The notes: generated by a model not told the origin, from the sequence alone. Numbered from the stretch's first letter, positions 1-11,596 are shown. The stretch: DNA of 64,000 bases from Nanobdellota archaeon (GCA_013329055.1 DUKY01000007.1:51146-115145), one strand, 5' to 3'. Translations and numbers: made by a program.

Positions 1-1
1 T

Positions 2-286
2 CAAAATGCAAAAATTGTTGAAGAAGATGGATTATCTTATCTTTTAAAACAAGATGATGAATCTAGCCTTGTTACAAGTTATGGAATAATTTGCCCAGAG
101 ATTTCTAGGATGAATAACAATGATTATTTTAAATTTTTAATAAAAGAAATTTATAGAGTCACACCAAAGAATGGGATAACTATGCATGTACACGGATTTG
201 AAAAAGAAAAAGCAATTAATTTATTTGGATCTTCTGGATTTAAACCCTTGGGAGATTGGATCCTCCAATTTGTCTGGAAAAAATAA
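2..286 (+). CDS. C-terminal part of a putative class I SAM-dependent methyltransferase (5'-truncated by window)
   Basis: Open frame from base 2 to TAA at 284-286 (translated by hand): ...EEDGLSYL...FLIKEIYRVTPKNG..., resembling the DG-L and EIYRVL-PGG methyltransferase motifs. Confidence 0.45.
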   Translation, partial: QNAKIVEEDGLSYLLKQDDESSLVTSYGIICPEISRMNNNDYFKFLIKEIYRVTPKNGITMHVHGFEKEKAINLFGSSGFKPLGDWILQFVWKK

Positions 287-332
287 TTCTTTTCGAACAA
301 ACATTTTTAATGTATTTTTTCTTTAGTTTTTA

Positions 333-1613
333 ATGGAAAATACGCCAATGTTTGGAGATTATGTTAGGATAAACCTAATAAAACAAACTTATGAGGGATT
401 TTTACTTGAAAGTTCTAATGAGGATAAAGGCATAGTTCTAATTAAGTTAAATTCCGGTTATAACATTGGTTTTTATCAAAAAGATATTCTAAACATTGAA
501 GTTATAAAAAAGGGAGAAATTCCAAAAAAAGAATCTACTGAATTGCAAAAAGATTCTAACTCTAAAAAACCTAACATTGCAATAATTATGACGGGAGGAA
601 CTATTGGTGCAAGATTAAACCCAAAAAAAGGAGGGGTTGATTATATTAATACTCCGGAAAGTTTGTTTAAAACTTATCCTGAGGCTTTTAAGGATGTCAA
701 TATCAAAGAGGTAGAAGTGCTTTTTAAAAAAGATTCATCAGACTTGGATTATAAAGATTGGAAAAAAATTGCAAAGACTGCTGAAAAATTTTTGAATAAT
801 TCAGAGATTCAAGGGGTAATTATTACGCATGGAACTGATACATTGCATTATACTTCTTCTGCATTAAGCTTTTTCCTGAAAAATGTAAATAAACCAGTTG
901 TGTTAGTTTATAGTCAGAGAAGTATTGACAGGGCGAGTAGCGATGCTAATTTGAATTTGCAATGTGCGACTACTGCTGTGATTTCAGATATTGCCGAGGT
1001 AATGATTGTTGGGCATGCTACGACTAATGATGATTATTGTTATGCTATGCCTGGTGCAAAAGTAAGGAAGATGCATTCTTCAAGAAGAGATGCGTTTAAA
1101 GTTATTAACGGCAAACCTTATGCAAAAATTATTCCCGGGCAAATTACAAGAATTTCAGGTTATCATTTAAGAAGCAAAGGAAAAGTTCAACTTGATTTAA
1201 AATTCGAAGAAAAAGTTGCATTATTAAAATTTTACCCCGGACAAGACCCAGAGATATTAGATTATTATTTTGAGAAAGGTTACAAAGGGATAGTTATTGA
1301 AATGTTTGGTTTAGGGCAGGCTGCAACTAAAGAAGCAAGACTTGGCTGGACTAAAAAACTTAAAGAAATGACAGAAAAAGGAATGATTATTTGTGCTACG
1401 ACTCAAACAATTTATGGTCGTATTGATCCTTTGGTTTATTCAGCCGGAAGAGAATTATATCATACCGGAATAATTTATCTTGAGGATATGATTTCTGAAA
1501 CAGCCTTTGTTAAACTTGGATGGGTTCTTGGTAAGACAAATGACCCAAAAGAGGTTAAAGAATTAATGTTAAAGAGTATTGCCGGAGAGTTAAATTACAG
1601 ACTTGAAGAATGA
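333..1613 (+). CDS. gatD: Glu-tRNA(Gln) amidotransferase subunit D
   Basis: N-terminal KLNSGYNIG domain; asparaginase motifs TGGTI, HGTDT, SQRSIDR, RKMHSSRRDAF. Confidence 0.93.
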   Translation: MENTPMFGDYVRINLIKQTYEGFLLESSNEDKGIVLIKLNSGYNIGFYQKDILNIEVIKKGEIPKKESTELQKDSNSKKPNIAIIMTGGTIGARLNPKKGGVDYINTPESLFKTYPEAFKDVNIKEVEVLFKKDSSDLDYKDWKKIAKTAEKFLNNSEIQGVIITHGTDTLHYTSSALSFFLKNVNKPVVLVYSQRSIDRASSDANLNLQCATTAVISDIAEVMIVGHATTNDDYCYAMPGAKVRKMHSSRRDAFKVINGKPYAKIIPGQITRISGYHLRSKGKVQLDLKFEEKVALLKFYPGQDPEILDYYFEKGYKGIVIEMFGLGQAATKEARLGWTKKLKEMTEKGMIICATTQTIYGRIDPLVYSAGRELYHTGIIYLEDMISETAFVKLGWVLGKTNDPKEVKELMLKSIAGELNYRLEE

Positions 1614-4243
1614 ACAATTTTTATTCTAAAACAAAAGAGGAGATATTCAGGGAATTTAATAGTTCTGCAAATGGTTTAAATCAAAAAGAAGTTGATTTCA
1701 AACAGGAAAAATATGGAAAAAATGTTATAAAACAAATTCATAAATTAAGACCTTTGAAGATTTTTTTTGAACAATTTAATTCATTTTTAATTTACATTTT
1801 GATAATCGCAGCGGGAGTTTCATTTTTTATCGGACATTCTACAGATGGCTTTGTGATTTCAGCAATAGTTTTGCTTAATGCATTTATAGGATTTTTCCAG
1901 CAATTAAAGGCAGAAAAAGCGATTGTTAATCTTAGAAAATTAATTATTCCAATTTCAAAAGTTATTAGAAAAAATAAATTAATGGAAATTAATTCTGAGG
2001 ATTTAGTTCCGGGAGATATAATCATCCTTGAAGCAGGAGATAAAATTAACGCTGATTGCAGAATAATTGAATCAGAAAACTTGCAAACTAATGAAGCAAT
2101 ACTTACAGGTGAAAGTTTACCTGTTGATAAATGGGATATTCTTTTAAAAGATTCAACAATTATATCCAGACAAAGCAATATGCTTTTTGCAGGGACTCAA
2201 ATTGTAAGGGGCAATTCAAAAGCGATTGTTGTTGCAACAGGAATAAATACTGTTTTTGGAAATCTTGCAGAAACATTACAGGAGATAGAGATAACTAAAA
2301 CACCTATGCAAAAAAGATTGGATAATTTTTCCAAACAAATTGGGTTCATAATATTATTCGCGGTAAGTGCAATTATTTTAATGGGTTTTATGAAAGAGTT
2401 TGATACTTTAAACATGTTTATGATTGCGGTTGCTTTAGCGGTTTCAGCAATTCCGGAGGGGTTGCCTGCAGTTCTTGCAGTTTCATTTGCAATTTCTTCT
2501 TTATTAATGTCTAAACAAAATGTGATTATTAGAAGGTTGCCTGCAGTTGAAAGTCTTGGAAGTGTTACGATCATTTGTTCAGATAAAACCGGTACAATTA
2601 CCGAAGAAAAAATGGAGATTCGGGAGATTTTTGCAAATAATAATTTCTATATTAAAAACGGAAAAGAGATTTTTTTGAAAGATAAAAAAATAGATATTGA
2701 GAAAAATAAGGAACTTTACCAATTAATTAAAACAAGTCTTTTATGCAATAATGCCAGATTTGAAGAGAATAACGGGGAATATGAAGTAATTGGAGACCCT
2801 ACTGAGGGGGCATTAGTTTTAGCAGGTTTAGATTTGGGATTAAATAAAAAATTATTAATTGACAAAGAGCCAAGTATTCAAAGATTTGAATTTGATTCAA
2901 AGAAAAAGATGATGTCAATTCTTAGGGATAATGGGAGAAATAAAGTTCTTTATTCTAAAGGTGCACCGGAAAAGATTTTACAGATTTCAAGTTTTGAACT
3001 TGTTAATGGACAGATAAAAGAATTGACATTGAAGAGAAGAAAAGAATTATTAAATTCTTCAAGAAAATTGGAAAAAGATGCTTTGAGAGTGTTGGCATTT
3101 GGTTACAAAAATATTCCTGTTAAGAGCAAGGCTAAAGAAGGAAATTTGATCTTTTTAGGATTTGCCGGGATGATTGATCCTCCAAGAAAAGAGGTAAAAA
3201 ATGCGATACAAGAATGCAAGAATGCTGGGATTAAAGTTAAAATGATTACTGGGGACTCAGCATTAACTGCCAAAGCTATTGCAAAAGAAATTGGCATTGA
3301 GGGGGAGATTATTTCAGGAGAGGAGTTAGAGGAGATGAACGATATGACACTTACAAATAGAATTGATAATATTTCTATTTTTGCGAGGATTACTCCTTCT
3401 CAAAAATTAAGGATTACAAAGATTTTGCAACAAAAAGGGGAAGTGGTTGCAATGACTGGCGATGGGGTTAATGATGTTTTGGCGTTGAAATCTGCAGATG
3501 TCGGAATTGCAATGGGAAAAAGGGGTACAGATATTGCACGTGATGCTTCAGATATTGTTTTAGTTAATGATAATTTTGCTTCAATTGTTGAGGGGGTTAA
3601 ACAAGGGAGAAAAACATATGATAACATTAAAAAATTTACGAAATATTTTTTGGCAGTTAATTTTAGTGAAATTTTCTTAATTTTATTTGCGTTAATTATG
3701 GGATTATTTTATGGTCCTGAAAAATGGTTCTTGCCTCTTTTGCCTTTACAAATTTTATGGATTAATTTAATTACAGATTCTTTACCTGCTTTGGCTTTAG
3801 TTTTTGAAAAAGAAGAGAATGTTATGAATACTCCTCCAAGAAAAGAAAAAAGTTTATTAGACGGTATCTGGAAATTTGTGATTCTTGCGGGAATTTTAAC
3901 TTTTGCAATAAAATTAGCAATTTATTTGATTGAAGTCAGCAATACTTTATCAATTGACAGGACAAGAACACTTATTTTAACTACTGCAATTTTCTTTGAA
4001 TTATTTTTTGTTTATTCCTGCAGAACAGAAAGTTCATTATTGAAGAATGGAATTTTTTCAAATAAATGGTTAAATTATGCTGTACTTATATCAATAATAT
4101 TACACCTTATTTTATTGTATAGTCCGTTAGGAATTATATTCGGGGTTATTCCTTTGACTATAAAAGATTGGTTATTTATTTTACCATTTGTAGTTTCCGG
4201 TTTAGTTATTTTTGAAATTGGAAAATTGATTAAGAAGAAATAG
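1610..4243 (+). CDS. P-type (P2A-like) cation-transporting ATPase
   Basis: TGES, PEGL, DKTGT phosphorylation site, KGAPE, TGDGVND; multiple TM helices. Confidence 0.95.
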   Translation: MNNFYSKTKEEIFREFNSSANGLNQKEVDFKQEKYGKNVIKQIHKLRPLKIFFEQFNSFLIYILIIAAGVSFFIGHSTDGFVISAIVLLNAFIGFFQQLKAEKAIVNLRKLIIPISKVIRKNKLMEINSEDLVPGDIIILEAGDKINADCRIIESENLQTNEAILTGESLPVDKWDILLKDSTIISRQSNMLFAGTQIVRGNSKAIVVATGINTVFGNLAETLQEIEITKTPMQKRLDNFSKQIGFIILFAVSAIILMGFMKEFDTLNMFMIAVALAVSAIPEGLPAVLAVSFAISSLLMSKQNVIIRRLPAVESLGSVTIICSDKTGTITEEKMEIREIFANNNFYIKNGKEIFLKDKKIDIEKNKELYQLIKTSLLCNNARFEENNGEYEVIGDPTEGALVLAGLDLGLNKKLLIDKEPSIQRFEFDSKKKMMSILRDNGRNKVLYSKGAPEKILQISSFELVNGQIKELTLKRRKELLNSSRKLEKDALRVLAFGYKNIPVKSKAKEGNLIFLGFAGMIDPPRKEVKNAIQECKNAGIKVKMITGDSALTAKAIAKEIGIEGEIISGEELEEMNDMTLTNRIDNISIFARITPSQKLRITKILQQKGEVVAMTGDGVNDVLALKSADVGIAMGKRGTDIARDASDIVLVNDNFASIVEGVKQGRKTYDNIKKFTKYFLAVNFSEIFLILFALIMGLFYGPEKWFLPLLPLQILWINLITDSLPALALVFEKEENVMNTPPRKEKSLLDGIWKFVILAGILTFAIKLAIYLIEVSNTLSIDRTRTLILTTAIFFELFFVYSCRTESSLLKNGIFSNKWLNYAVLISIILHLILLYSPLGIIFGVIPLTIKDWLFILPFVVSGLVIFEIGKLIKKK

Positions 4244-4337
4244 GAGAAAGATCCTTAAATATTGTTAACAATATTATACTCGAAAAGAATTTAAAACCTC
4301 ATTTTTTATAATTCTTAAGAGGTTTCTAAAATTTTAT

Positions 4338-7136
4338 TTGAAAATGAACGATAAAATAAAAATAAAAGGTGCCCGACAGCACAATTTGAAGAATATAAGT
4401 ATTGAATTACCTAGAGATAAATTAATAGTTATTACCGGTTTATCGGGGAGTGGAAAATCCACTCTTGCATTTGACACATTATATGCTGAGGGTCAAAGAC
4501 GATATGTTGAAAGTTTAAGTTCTTATGCTCGGCAATTTTTAGGTTTAATGAGCAAGCCGGATGTTGATTCTATAGAGGGGTTAAGTCCTGCAATTTCTAT
4601 TGAGCAAAAAACTACAAGCAAGAATCCTCGTTCTACTGTCGGAACAGTTACTGAAATTTATGATTATTTAAGGCTACTTTATGCTCGAATTGGAATTCCT
4701 CATTGTCCTATACATAATATTAAAATTGAAGCTCAATCTCCTGAAAAGATTTCTCAAAAAATTGCTGAAGATTTTACAGGACAAATTACTATTTTATCTC
4801 CTATTATTAGACAGCAAAAAGGAACTTACGAACAATTATTTTTAGATTTAAACAAAGAAGGTTATGCAAGAGCAAGAGTAAACGGACATATATTAAGAAC
4901 TGATGAAACAATCAAGCTTGAAAGATACAAAAAACATGATATTGAGGTAATAATTGATCGGTTAGATGTGAAGGATAAATCAAGGCTTGCTGAAGCAGTT
5001 GAAAATGCATTAATTAAATCTAAGGGATTACTAATAGTTGAAAATAATGGAAAGGATAAATTCTATTCAGGAAATATGACTTGCCCTAAGTGTGATATTT
5101 CATTTGAAGAATTGCAACCTAGAATGTTTTCATTTAATTCACCTTTTGGGGCTTGTGAAGGATGCCATGGATTAGGAATTAAAATGATTTTTGATGAAGA
5201 TTTAATTATTCCCGATAAAGAATTAAGTATCATTGACGGGGCAATAAAAATTTATGGAAAAATTGATATGTCTTGGCGTGGACAACAATTGCAGGCAGTT
5301 GGAAAAAAATTTGGTTTTGATATTTATACACCAATAAAAAAATTTAATGAAAAACAAATTCAAACATTATTTTATGGTTCAACTGAAGCAATTAAAGGCA
5401 AATGGGATACAGGGGCAAATATGAATTTTGAAAATGGATGGGAGGGTTTGATTCCTCAATCAGAAAGATTGTATAAATCAACAGATTCAGATTATCGAAG
5501 AAAATTTTTAGAAAAGTTTATGAGAGTGAATAAATGTTCAGTTTGTGACGGAAAAAGATTAAAGCAAAAAATATTAGCGGTTAAGATTAATAATAAATCA
5601 ATAATTGATGTTACAGACTTATCAATACAAGAAGTGATTGTATTTTTTAATAATTTAGAATTAACTAAACAAGAAGAAAAAATTTCAAGGCAGATTTTAA
5701 AAGAAATACGTGAGAGATTAGGATTTTTAGAGAGAGTTGGTTTAGGTTATTTGACATTGTCAAGAAATGCCGGGACATTATCAGGAGGAGAAGGGCAAAG
5801 AATCAGGCTTGCAACACAGATTGGATCAAATTTAACAGGAGTTTTATATATTTTAGATGAACCTTCAATCGGACTTCATCAAAGGGATAATCATAAATTA
5901 ATTGAAACATTACAAAAATTAAGAGACATTGGAAATACTTTGATTGTTGTTGAACATGATGAAGATACGATTATGAATGCTGATTATGTTGTGGATATTG
6001 GTCCTGGTGCAGGAATTCATGGAGGAGAAATTGTTGCAAAAGGTACTCCTCAAGAAATTATTAAAAATAAAAATTCTTTAACAGGACAATATTTATCAGG
6101 AGTTCAATTTATCGAAGTTCCTAAAATTCGACGAGAAAAGGGTGAACCAATTAAAATTGTTGGATGCACAGAAAATAACTTAAAAAATATTGATGTTGAA
6201 ATTCCTACAAGAATTTTAACTTGTGTTACGGGAGTATCTGGTTCAGGAAAATCTACATTAATTAATGAAATTTTATATAAAGGAATGATGAAAAAAATTC
6301 ATCAATCAAATATTAAAGCAGGAGAGCATAAAGGGATTTATACAGAAGCTTATATTGATAAAGTAATTGTTATTGACCAATCCCCAATTGGCAAGACTCC
6401 TAGGAGTAACCCTGCAACTTATATTGGAGTTTTTGATGAAATCCGAAAAGTTTTCGCGAGTACTAAAGAAGCTAAAATGAAGGGATATAAATTAGGAAGA
6501 TTTAGTTTTAATGTTCCTGGTGGAAGATGCGAAAAGTGCAGTGGAGATGGGACAATTAAAATTGAGATGAATTTTTTACCTGATGTTTACATTGAATGTG
6601 AAGAATGCAAAGGCAAAAGATATAATTCTGAAACATTGGAAATAAAATATAAAGATAAATCTATTGCAGAAGTTTTGGATATGAGTGTTGAGGAAGCTTT
6701 GGATTTTTTCAAATTTATTCCATCTATTAAAAATAAATTAGAAACATTAAATCAGGTGGGTTTAGGTTATATTAAATTAGGGCAAAGTTCAACAACTTTA
6801 TCAGGGGGTGAAAGCCAGAGAATAAAATTGACAAAAGAATTATCTAAACGTGGAACAGGACAGACATTATATTTACTTGATGAACCTACAACAGGGTTAC
6901 ATTTTCATGATACAAGAAAATTAATTGGGGTACTAAATAACTTAGTAGATAAAGGGAATACGATTATAGTAATTGAGCATAATTTAGATGTTATTAAATG
7001 TGCAGATCACATAATTGATTTAGGTCCTGAAGGAGGAGACGGGGGAGGATACATTGTCGCAACTGGAACTCCAGAAGAAATTGTTAAGGATAAAATAAGT
7101 TATACGGGCAAATATTTAAAGCCTTTACTTAAATGA
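4338..7136 (+). CDS. uvrA: Excinuclease ABC subunit A (start may be ATG at 4344)
   Basis: Two ABC modules ([16 protein letters not shown], two LSGGE), Zn fingers, [11 protein letters not shown]-terminus. Confidence 0.97.
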   Translation: MKMNDKIKIKGARQHNLKNISIELPRDKLIVITGLSGSGKSTLAFDTLYAEGQRRYVESLSSYARQFLGLMSKPDVDSIEGLSPAISIEQKTTSKNPRSTVGTVTEIYDYLRLLYARIGIPHCPIHNIKIEAQSPEKISQKIAEDFTGQITILSPIIRQQKGTYEQLFLDLNKEGYARARVNGHILRTDETIKLERYKKHDIEVIIDRLDVKDKSRLAEAVENALIKSKGLLIVENNGKDKFYSGNMTCPKCDISFEELQPRMFSFNSPFGACEGCHGLGIKMIFDEDLIIPDKELSIIDGAIKIYGKIDMSWRGQQLQAVGKKFGFDIYTPIKKFNEKQIQTLFYGSTEAIKGKWDTGANMNFENGWEGLIPQSERLYKSTDSDYRRKFLEKFMRVNKCSVCDGKRLKQKILAVKINNKSIIDVTDLSIQEVIVFFNNLELTKQEEKISRQILKEIRERLGFLERVGLGYLTLSRNAGTLSGGEGQRIRLATQIGSNLTGVLYILDEPSIGLHQRDNHKLIETLQKLRDIGNTLIVVEHDEDTIMNADYVVDIGPGAGIHGGEIVAKGTPQEIIKNKNSLTGQYLSGVQFIEVPKIRREKGEPIKIVGCTENNLKNIDVEIPTRILTCVTGVSGSGKSTLINEILYKGMMKKIHQSNIKAGEHKGIYTEAYIDKVIVIDQSPIGKTPRSNPATYIGVFDEIRKVFASTKEAKMKGYKLGRFSFNVPGGRCEKCSGDGTIKIEMNFLPDVYIECEECKGKRYNSETLEIKYKDKSIAEVLDMSVEEALDFFKFIPSIKNKLETLNQVGLGYIKLGQSSTTLSGGESQRIKLTKELSKRGTGQTLYLLDEPTTGLHFHDTRKLIGVLNNLVDKGNTIIVIEHNLDVIKCADHIIDLGPEGGDGGGYIVATGTPEEIVKDKISYTGKYLKPLLK
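7090..7134 (+). repeat. 45-bp direct repeat, copy 1 (3' end of uvrA)
   Basis: ATAAAATAAGTTATACGGGCAAATATTTAAAGCCTTTACTTAAAT is identical to 8594-8638. Confidence 0.93.
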
Positions 7137-7506
7137 TATCTATTCTAAATATTTTAATATAATATTAATTTTAAATCCTTTAATTCGTTGCTTCTCTTAT
7201 TTAATCTTTTATAAATATCTCTAAAATTGTTTTTGGGCTTTTTCTACAACTGACTTTCTAATTTAATCATACAAATAATAGTTAGTTGTCAGGAGATAAG
7301 TCTCTGAATTAGTTTTATTTGATTCTCTCCGATTTTTCATTCATATTGGGTAGTATCTGAAGCACACACACAGTACTAAAGAATACCTCAGACAAGAGAA
7401 ATGATGTCAATATTTTTTAATTGTCATAACTCATCAGTATCTTCGAGAACTTGGAGATACTGCTAATAAGAATAAGTTTTTAAATATTTAATCATTCTCT
7501 TCGATA

Positions 7507-8562
7507 ATGGAAGAAGAAAATACCACAAAAATAAATGTTTTAAGCATAATTTTCAAAATCACTTATTTTATTGCTTTAATAGGACTTTTATATTTTTATT
7601 TCTTTGATATAGGAAGAAATATTTCAATGATTAATGGAGATTTAATTAATTTTAAAGAATTTATTATTATGTTACCATTATTAATTATCCCATTATTAAT
7701 TCCAGTTAAAGAACTAAAATATAAATTATTATCTTTTATAGGATTGGCAATTATATTAACAACAATCGGAATAATTTGGATTCATTATGGGGAATGGGGT
7801 GATTTGATTTTTTATATATATGCTCTTGTAATTTTAATAATAATAATAATAAGCCATTATTTATTAAGATATGTTGATACAAAAGCAAATAAATTGGTGA
7901 AAATTATGGGAGTTATTATATTACTAATAATATTAATCTCTTATACAGCCTATTTTATATCTTCAAAAGCATACTTTCAAGATTATTTAAAGATAAGTGA
8001 ATCAAATGACAGATTAATTAATGAGATAAAATGTAAAGGTGCTTATACAACAACAGACTCTTTAGAATTAAAAAATCTTTGTGACCAAATAGAATATGTT
8101 CCACATGAAACTACTCACATTCATATGGTGCATTCAAATGAAGCATGGAGAGAATTCAAAGCATATTGTGAAGAAGTTGTTAAAAAGGTTCAAATAGATA
8201 AATATTATTTTGATGAATATGGTAATGCAGGGTATTTTTTTATAAGAAATCCCTCTTTATTTGATACTAATTGTAACCCTGAACAACCAAGACCCGAAAT
8301 ATTAGACCCTTATTTGTGTGATGTACTAGCAAAATCAAACTCAAAAATATTACAAGAATATTTTGATAATCCAAAGAGAACAGGTCCTGATTGTTATGAA
8401 AGAGTTGTTGCTGAAACGGGGCAAATAGAACTTTGTGAGAAATCATCAAGTCCTCAGTCATGTTATTTATATGTAGCTAAAGTAAGAGATGATAAAAGAA
8501 TATGTGATGAATTAATAAGATATCCGCTTGTAAGAGAAACTTGTTTAGATAATTTTAATTAA
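7507..8562 (+). CDS. Hypothetical membrane protein with Cys-rich C-terminal extracellular domain
   Basis: About 5 N-terminal hydrophobic helices; C-terminal CY..VA......LC repeats. Confidence 0.75.
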   Translation: MEEENTTKINVLSIIFKITYFIALIGLLYFYFFDIGRNISMINGDLINFKEFIIMLPLLIIPLLIPVKELKYKLLSFIGLAIILTTIGIIWIHYGEWGDLIFYIYALVILIIIIISHYLLRYVDTKANKLVKIMGVIILLIILISYTAYFISSKAYFQDYLKISESNDRLINEIKCKGAYTTTDSLELKNLCDQIEYVPHETTHIHMVHSNEAWREFKAYCEEVVKKVQIDKYYFDEYGNAGYFFIRNPSLFDTNCNPEQPRPEILDPYLCDVLAKSNSKILQEYFDNPKRTGPDCYERVVAETGQIELCEKSSSPQSCYLYVAKVRDDKRICDELIRYPLVRETCLDNFN

Positions 8563-8593
8563 TTCTAATGAATTTTGTAAAATGATAAAAAAA

Positions 8594-8638
8594 ATAAAAT
8601 AAGTTATACGGGCAAATATTTAAAGCCTTTACTTAAAT
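8594..8638 (+). repeat. 45-bp direct repeat, copy 2
   Basis: Identical to 7090-7134; followed by AG, giving an alternative ...LLK-TAG end. Confidence 0.93.
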
Positions 8639-9409
8639 AGAATTTATTTTTACACTAATAGGATTTTTAAAAACTTCTTCAAAATAAGTTTCAATATCTC
8701 CCATATATTCATCAAACCACTTTTCTTTTTTACCAAAATTTTCTTTTATTGAATGCAAATTTTGATAATTATCAGGAAATAAATCTGCCCCCCATCTCCA
8801 ATCAGTTTTGTATTCCCAGTTATTATGTTCAACAACAAAAATATTATTTCTGGGACGTTTAATATTTTTATCCCACCCCCACAATTGATTAGAGGTTGGA
8901 TCAGCAATGATAAAACCTTTTTTATCGTGCAATAAAAAAGGAAATGCAGTATAGCAATGATCATCATAAGAATCTAATAATACTGATGCATTTGCATATC
9001 CAATAGACATTCCTGCAAACATGACATTTTGTGCTGAAGGACAACATTCTGCATGGGGAAATGAAGAATTACTTTTTTTTCCAAGTATATAATGATGAAA
9101 CATTAAGTCATAGATAAAATCAATATGCCCCATAAGTTCTTTTTGATTATCAATTTTCATTGAACAAAATTCAGGAACATCCTTATGAATCTCTAAAAGA
9201 TATTTCATTTTTGACCCCCAAGTTTTGTCATCATATGCAATTAATCTATTTTTTGTAGGATCAATATTTTGAATATCAGATTGATATCTTAATGAATTTA
9301 GTTCAATTCCATATTTTTCATTTAAATCTTTTTCATAAGCATATGTGAAAATTGAAAAAGGGTTTATCGATTGACAATCTATATTTGATGCATCATTTAA
9401 ATTTTTCAT
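8633..9409 (-). CDS. Hypothetical protein, putative transglutaminase/papain-like fold (paralog 1)
   Basis: ECCPSA / DHCYT / IIADPT fits a Cys-His-Asp triad; paralog of the next ORF. Confidence 0.65.
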   Translation of the reverse strand: MKNLNDASNIDCQSINPFSIFTYAYEKDLNEKYGIELNSLRYQSDIQNIDPTKNRLIAYDDKTWGSKMKYLLEIHKDVPEFCSMKIDNQKELMGHIDFIYDLMFHHYILGKKSNSSFPHAECCPSAQNVMFAGMSIGYANASVLLDSYDDHCYTAFPFLLHDKKGFIIADPTSNQLWGWDKNIKRPRNNIFVVEHNNWEYKTDWRWGADLFPDNYQNLHSIKENFGKKEKWFDEYMGDIETYFEEVFKNPISVKINSI

Positions 9410-9434
9410 AATTCTTTATTTAAGGAATAGATTT

Positions 9435-10196
9435 TTATTCTTTTTGGTTATGCCTAATTTTTATCGAATGCTTAAAAACTTCTTCGAAATAAGTTTCAAT
9501 ATCATAAAAATAAATTCTTAAAGCATCTTTATTCCTTTTAAAAGAATCTAAATTTAGATAGCAATTTGGATAAAGATTATCATCTCCAAATTCATTACCT
9601 TTTTCATAATCCGTTTGATATTCCCAGTTATTATGTTTTACCACAAAAATATGATTTCGTGGAGGAATTATTTCCAGGCATTTCCAAAGTTGATTAGATG
9701 TTGGATCAGCAATAATAAAACCCTTGTCATTTTTTAATACAAAAGGAAATGCTGTATAACAATGATTATCTGTTTGATCGCATAAAACAGAAGCATTTGG
9801 ATAACCAGAAAGCATACTCGCAATCATAATATTATGTGCTGAAGGAGCACATTCATTAGTTGGAAAAACGTTGCTTCGTTTTTTTCCTAAAATATAATGA
9901 TGAAACATTAAATCATAGATAAAATCTATATGTTTCATTAATTCTTCTTCTTTATCTAATTTCATAGAACAAAAACCCTCGATATTTGGATACAGTTCTA
10001 AAATCGTTTTAATTTTACGTCTATTTTTTATATAACCATATTGCAAATTTCCTTCTTTAAAAATATCGATATGGTTTACATTAGAATTGTTATTAACTTT
10101 CTTTAATTCAATTCCATATTTTTCATTTAAACTTTTTTCATAAGCATTAGTCCAGATAGAAAAAGGTTGAATTTCTGCAAAATTTTCAAGTTTCAT
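9435..10196 (-). CDS. Hypothetical protein, putative transglutaminase/papain-like fold (paralog 2)
   Basis: ECAPSA / NHCYT / IIADPT; shares HIDFIYDLMFHHYILGKK with 8633-9409. Confidence 0.65.
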   Translation of the reverse strand: MKLENFAEIQPFSIWTNAYEKSLNEKYGIELKKVNNNSNVNHIDIFKEGNLQYGYIKNRRKIKTILELYPNIEGFCSMKLDKEEELMKHIDFIYDLMFHHYILGKKRSNVFPTNECAPSAHNIMIASMLSGYPNASVLCDQTDNHCYTAFPFVLKNDKGFIIADPTSNQLWKCLEIIPPRNHIFVVKHNNWEYQTDYEKGNEFGDDNLYPNCYLNLDSFKRNKDALRIYFYDIETYFEEVFKHSIKIRHNQKE

Positions 10197-10356
10197 TCAA
10201 TCATAATTAGGGGTTATTTTATAAAATTATTTAAAAAATAGATTAATTCTGCGATTATAATCAGTGCTAAGATTTTTAAAGAGCTATCTTGTCGTCTTTT
10301 ATAAGTAACTAACATGAAATAATTAATCTTATTAATCTCAAAAACATGGGATATTT

Positions 10357-11139
10357 ATGACATTTATTGATATACATGCACATCTTGAATTTTTTGATGA
10401 CTTAAATATTCGGATTAAGAAAGCAAAAAAGAGGAATGTTAAGATAATTTTAGCGAATGGAATTGATGTTGAAACAAATAGAAAAGTTCTTGCATTTGCA
10501 AAAGAATATCCGGAAGTTCAAGCTTGTTTGGGGATTTATCCTGTAAATGCATTAAAGCTTATAAAAAAAGAAATAAATTCAGAAATAAAATTTATTAAAG
10601 AAAATAAAGATAAAATCATTGCTATTGGGGAAGTTGGCTTGGATTTAAAAGAAGCAGGGGTTGAAACTCTTGTAACACAAAAAGAGATTTTGAAAAAATT
10701 TGTAAAATTAGCTAAAGAATTGGATAAACCAATTTTTATTCACTCAAGAAAAGCTGAAAAAGAAACAGTTGAGTTACTGGAAACTTTAGATTATAACAAA
10801 ATTATTATGCATTGTTTTAATGGAAAATTAAATTTGGTTGAAAAAGGAATTCACAGAGGCTGGTTTTTTTCTATTCCAGCAAGTGTAAAATTTAATGAAC
10901 AATTTCAAGAGATGATAAAAATAATCCCAATTGAACAATTATTTTGTGAAACAGATGCTCCATTTTTACATCCGGATAAAAAATTTCCAAATGAGCCTGC
11001 AAATGTTATTGAAAGTTATAATAAAATTGCAGAAATTAAAGGAATACCAATAGCAGATGTTGAAAAAAAGATTGAAGAGAATTATAGAAAATTATTTTTA
11101 GTTAAAACAACTCAACAATCCTTGGATAAATATTTATAA
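10357..11139 (+). CDS. tatD: TatD family nuclease/hydrolase
   Basis: DIHAH, AIGEVGLD, HSR, HCF, ETDAPF motifs. Confidence 0.92.
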   Translation: MTFIDIHAHLEFFDDLNIRIKKAKKRNVKIILANGIDVETNRKVLAFAKEYPEVQACLGIYPVNALKLIKKEINSEIKFIKENKDKIIAIGEVGLDLKEAGVETLVTQKEILKKFVKLAKELDKPIFIHSRKAEKETVELLETLDYNKIIMHCFNGKLNLVEKGIHRGWFFSIPASVKFNEQFQEMIKIIPIEQLFCETDAPFLHPDKKFPNEPANVIESYNKIAEIKGIPIADVEKKIEENYRKLFLVKTTQQSLDKYL

Positions 11140-11143
11140 AAAA

Positions 11144-11596
11144 TTAACTAAACCAACCAGCAATTTTTAAACCAAAATTTATCCAGAATTGTTTAAATTT
11201 TTTTCCTGCTGTTACACCTTTAATCTGGATATCACCATTTGATTTTTTTTCATTAAATATTTTTAATGGTGCATTTGATTCAATTATCTCTTTTAATGTT
11301 TGAACATCTTTTATATAAATATTATAAGTTGGATTTTCATTCATCTCGCAACCAAAAGATTCAATTTTATTTTCTTTAATAACTAAACTTGCAATATATG
11401 TTTCTTCTCCTTCGTATAAATTAAAAATTTCATTTTTATAAGGCACTCCTGAAGGCAATTCCGTATTTGCAATCTCATTATTTATTTTTTCACTTTGCGA
11501 ACATAAATCTTTTAGTGAAGAAAGTTCAAAATCTTGAGCAGAGATTAAACTAAATGATAAAACAAAAAAAATACCAAAACAAATTATCTTATTCAT
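11144..11596 (-). CDS. Exported hypothetical protein, possible SCP2-like fold
   Basis: Signal-peptide-like N-terminus; C-terminal NGDIQIKG resembles SCP2 end; similar layout to 56554-57075. Confidence 0.5.
   Translation of the reverse strand: MNKIICFGIFFVLSFSLISAQDFELSSLKDLCSQSEKINNEIANTELPSGVPYKNEIFNLYEGEETYIASLVIKENKIESFGCEMNENPTYNIYIKDVQTLKEIIESNAPLKIFNEKKSNGDIQIKGVTAGKKFKQFWINFGLKIAGWFS

Noticed and set aside
1792-3627. Antisense ORFs inside the P-type ATPase (and similar shadow ORFs in ppsA, uvrC, scpA, rbcL, MFS and SNF2)
   Set aside because: They are antisense shadows of well-supported genes and carry no motifs.
7140-7430. Possible decayed gene on the minus strand, including CLRYSLVLC similar to UvrC CLRYSLGLC
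   Set aside because: The match covers only about 27 nt and does not extend; multiple stops in all frames prevent assignment.
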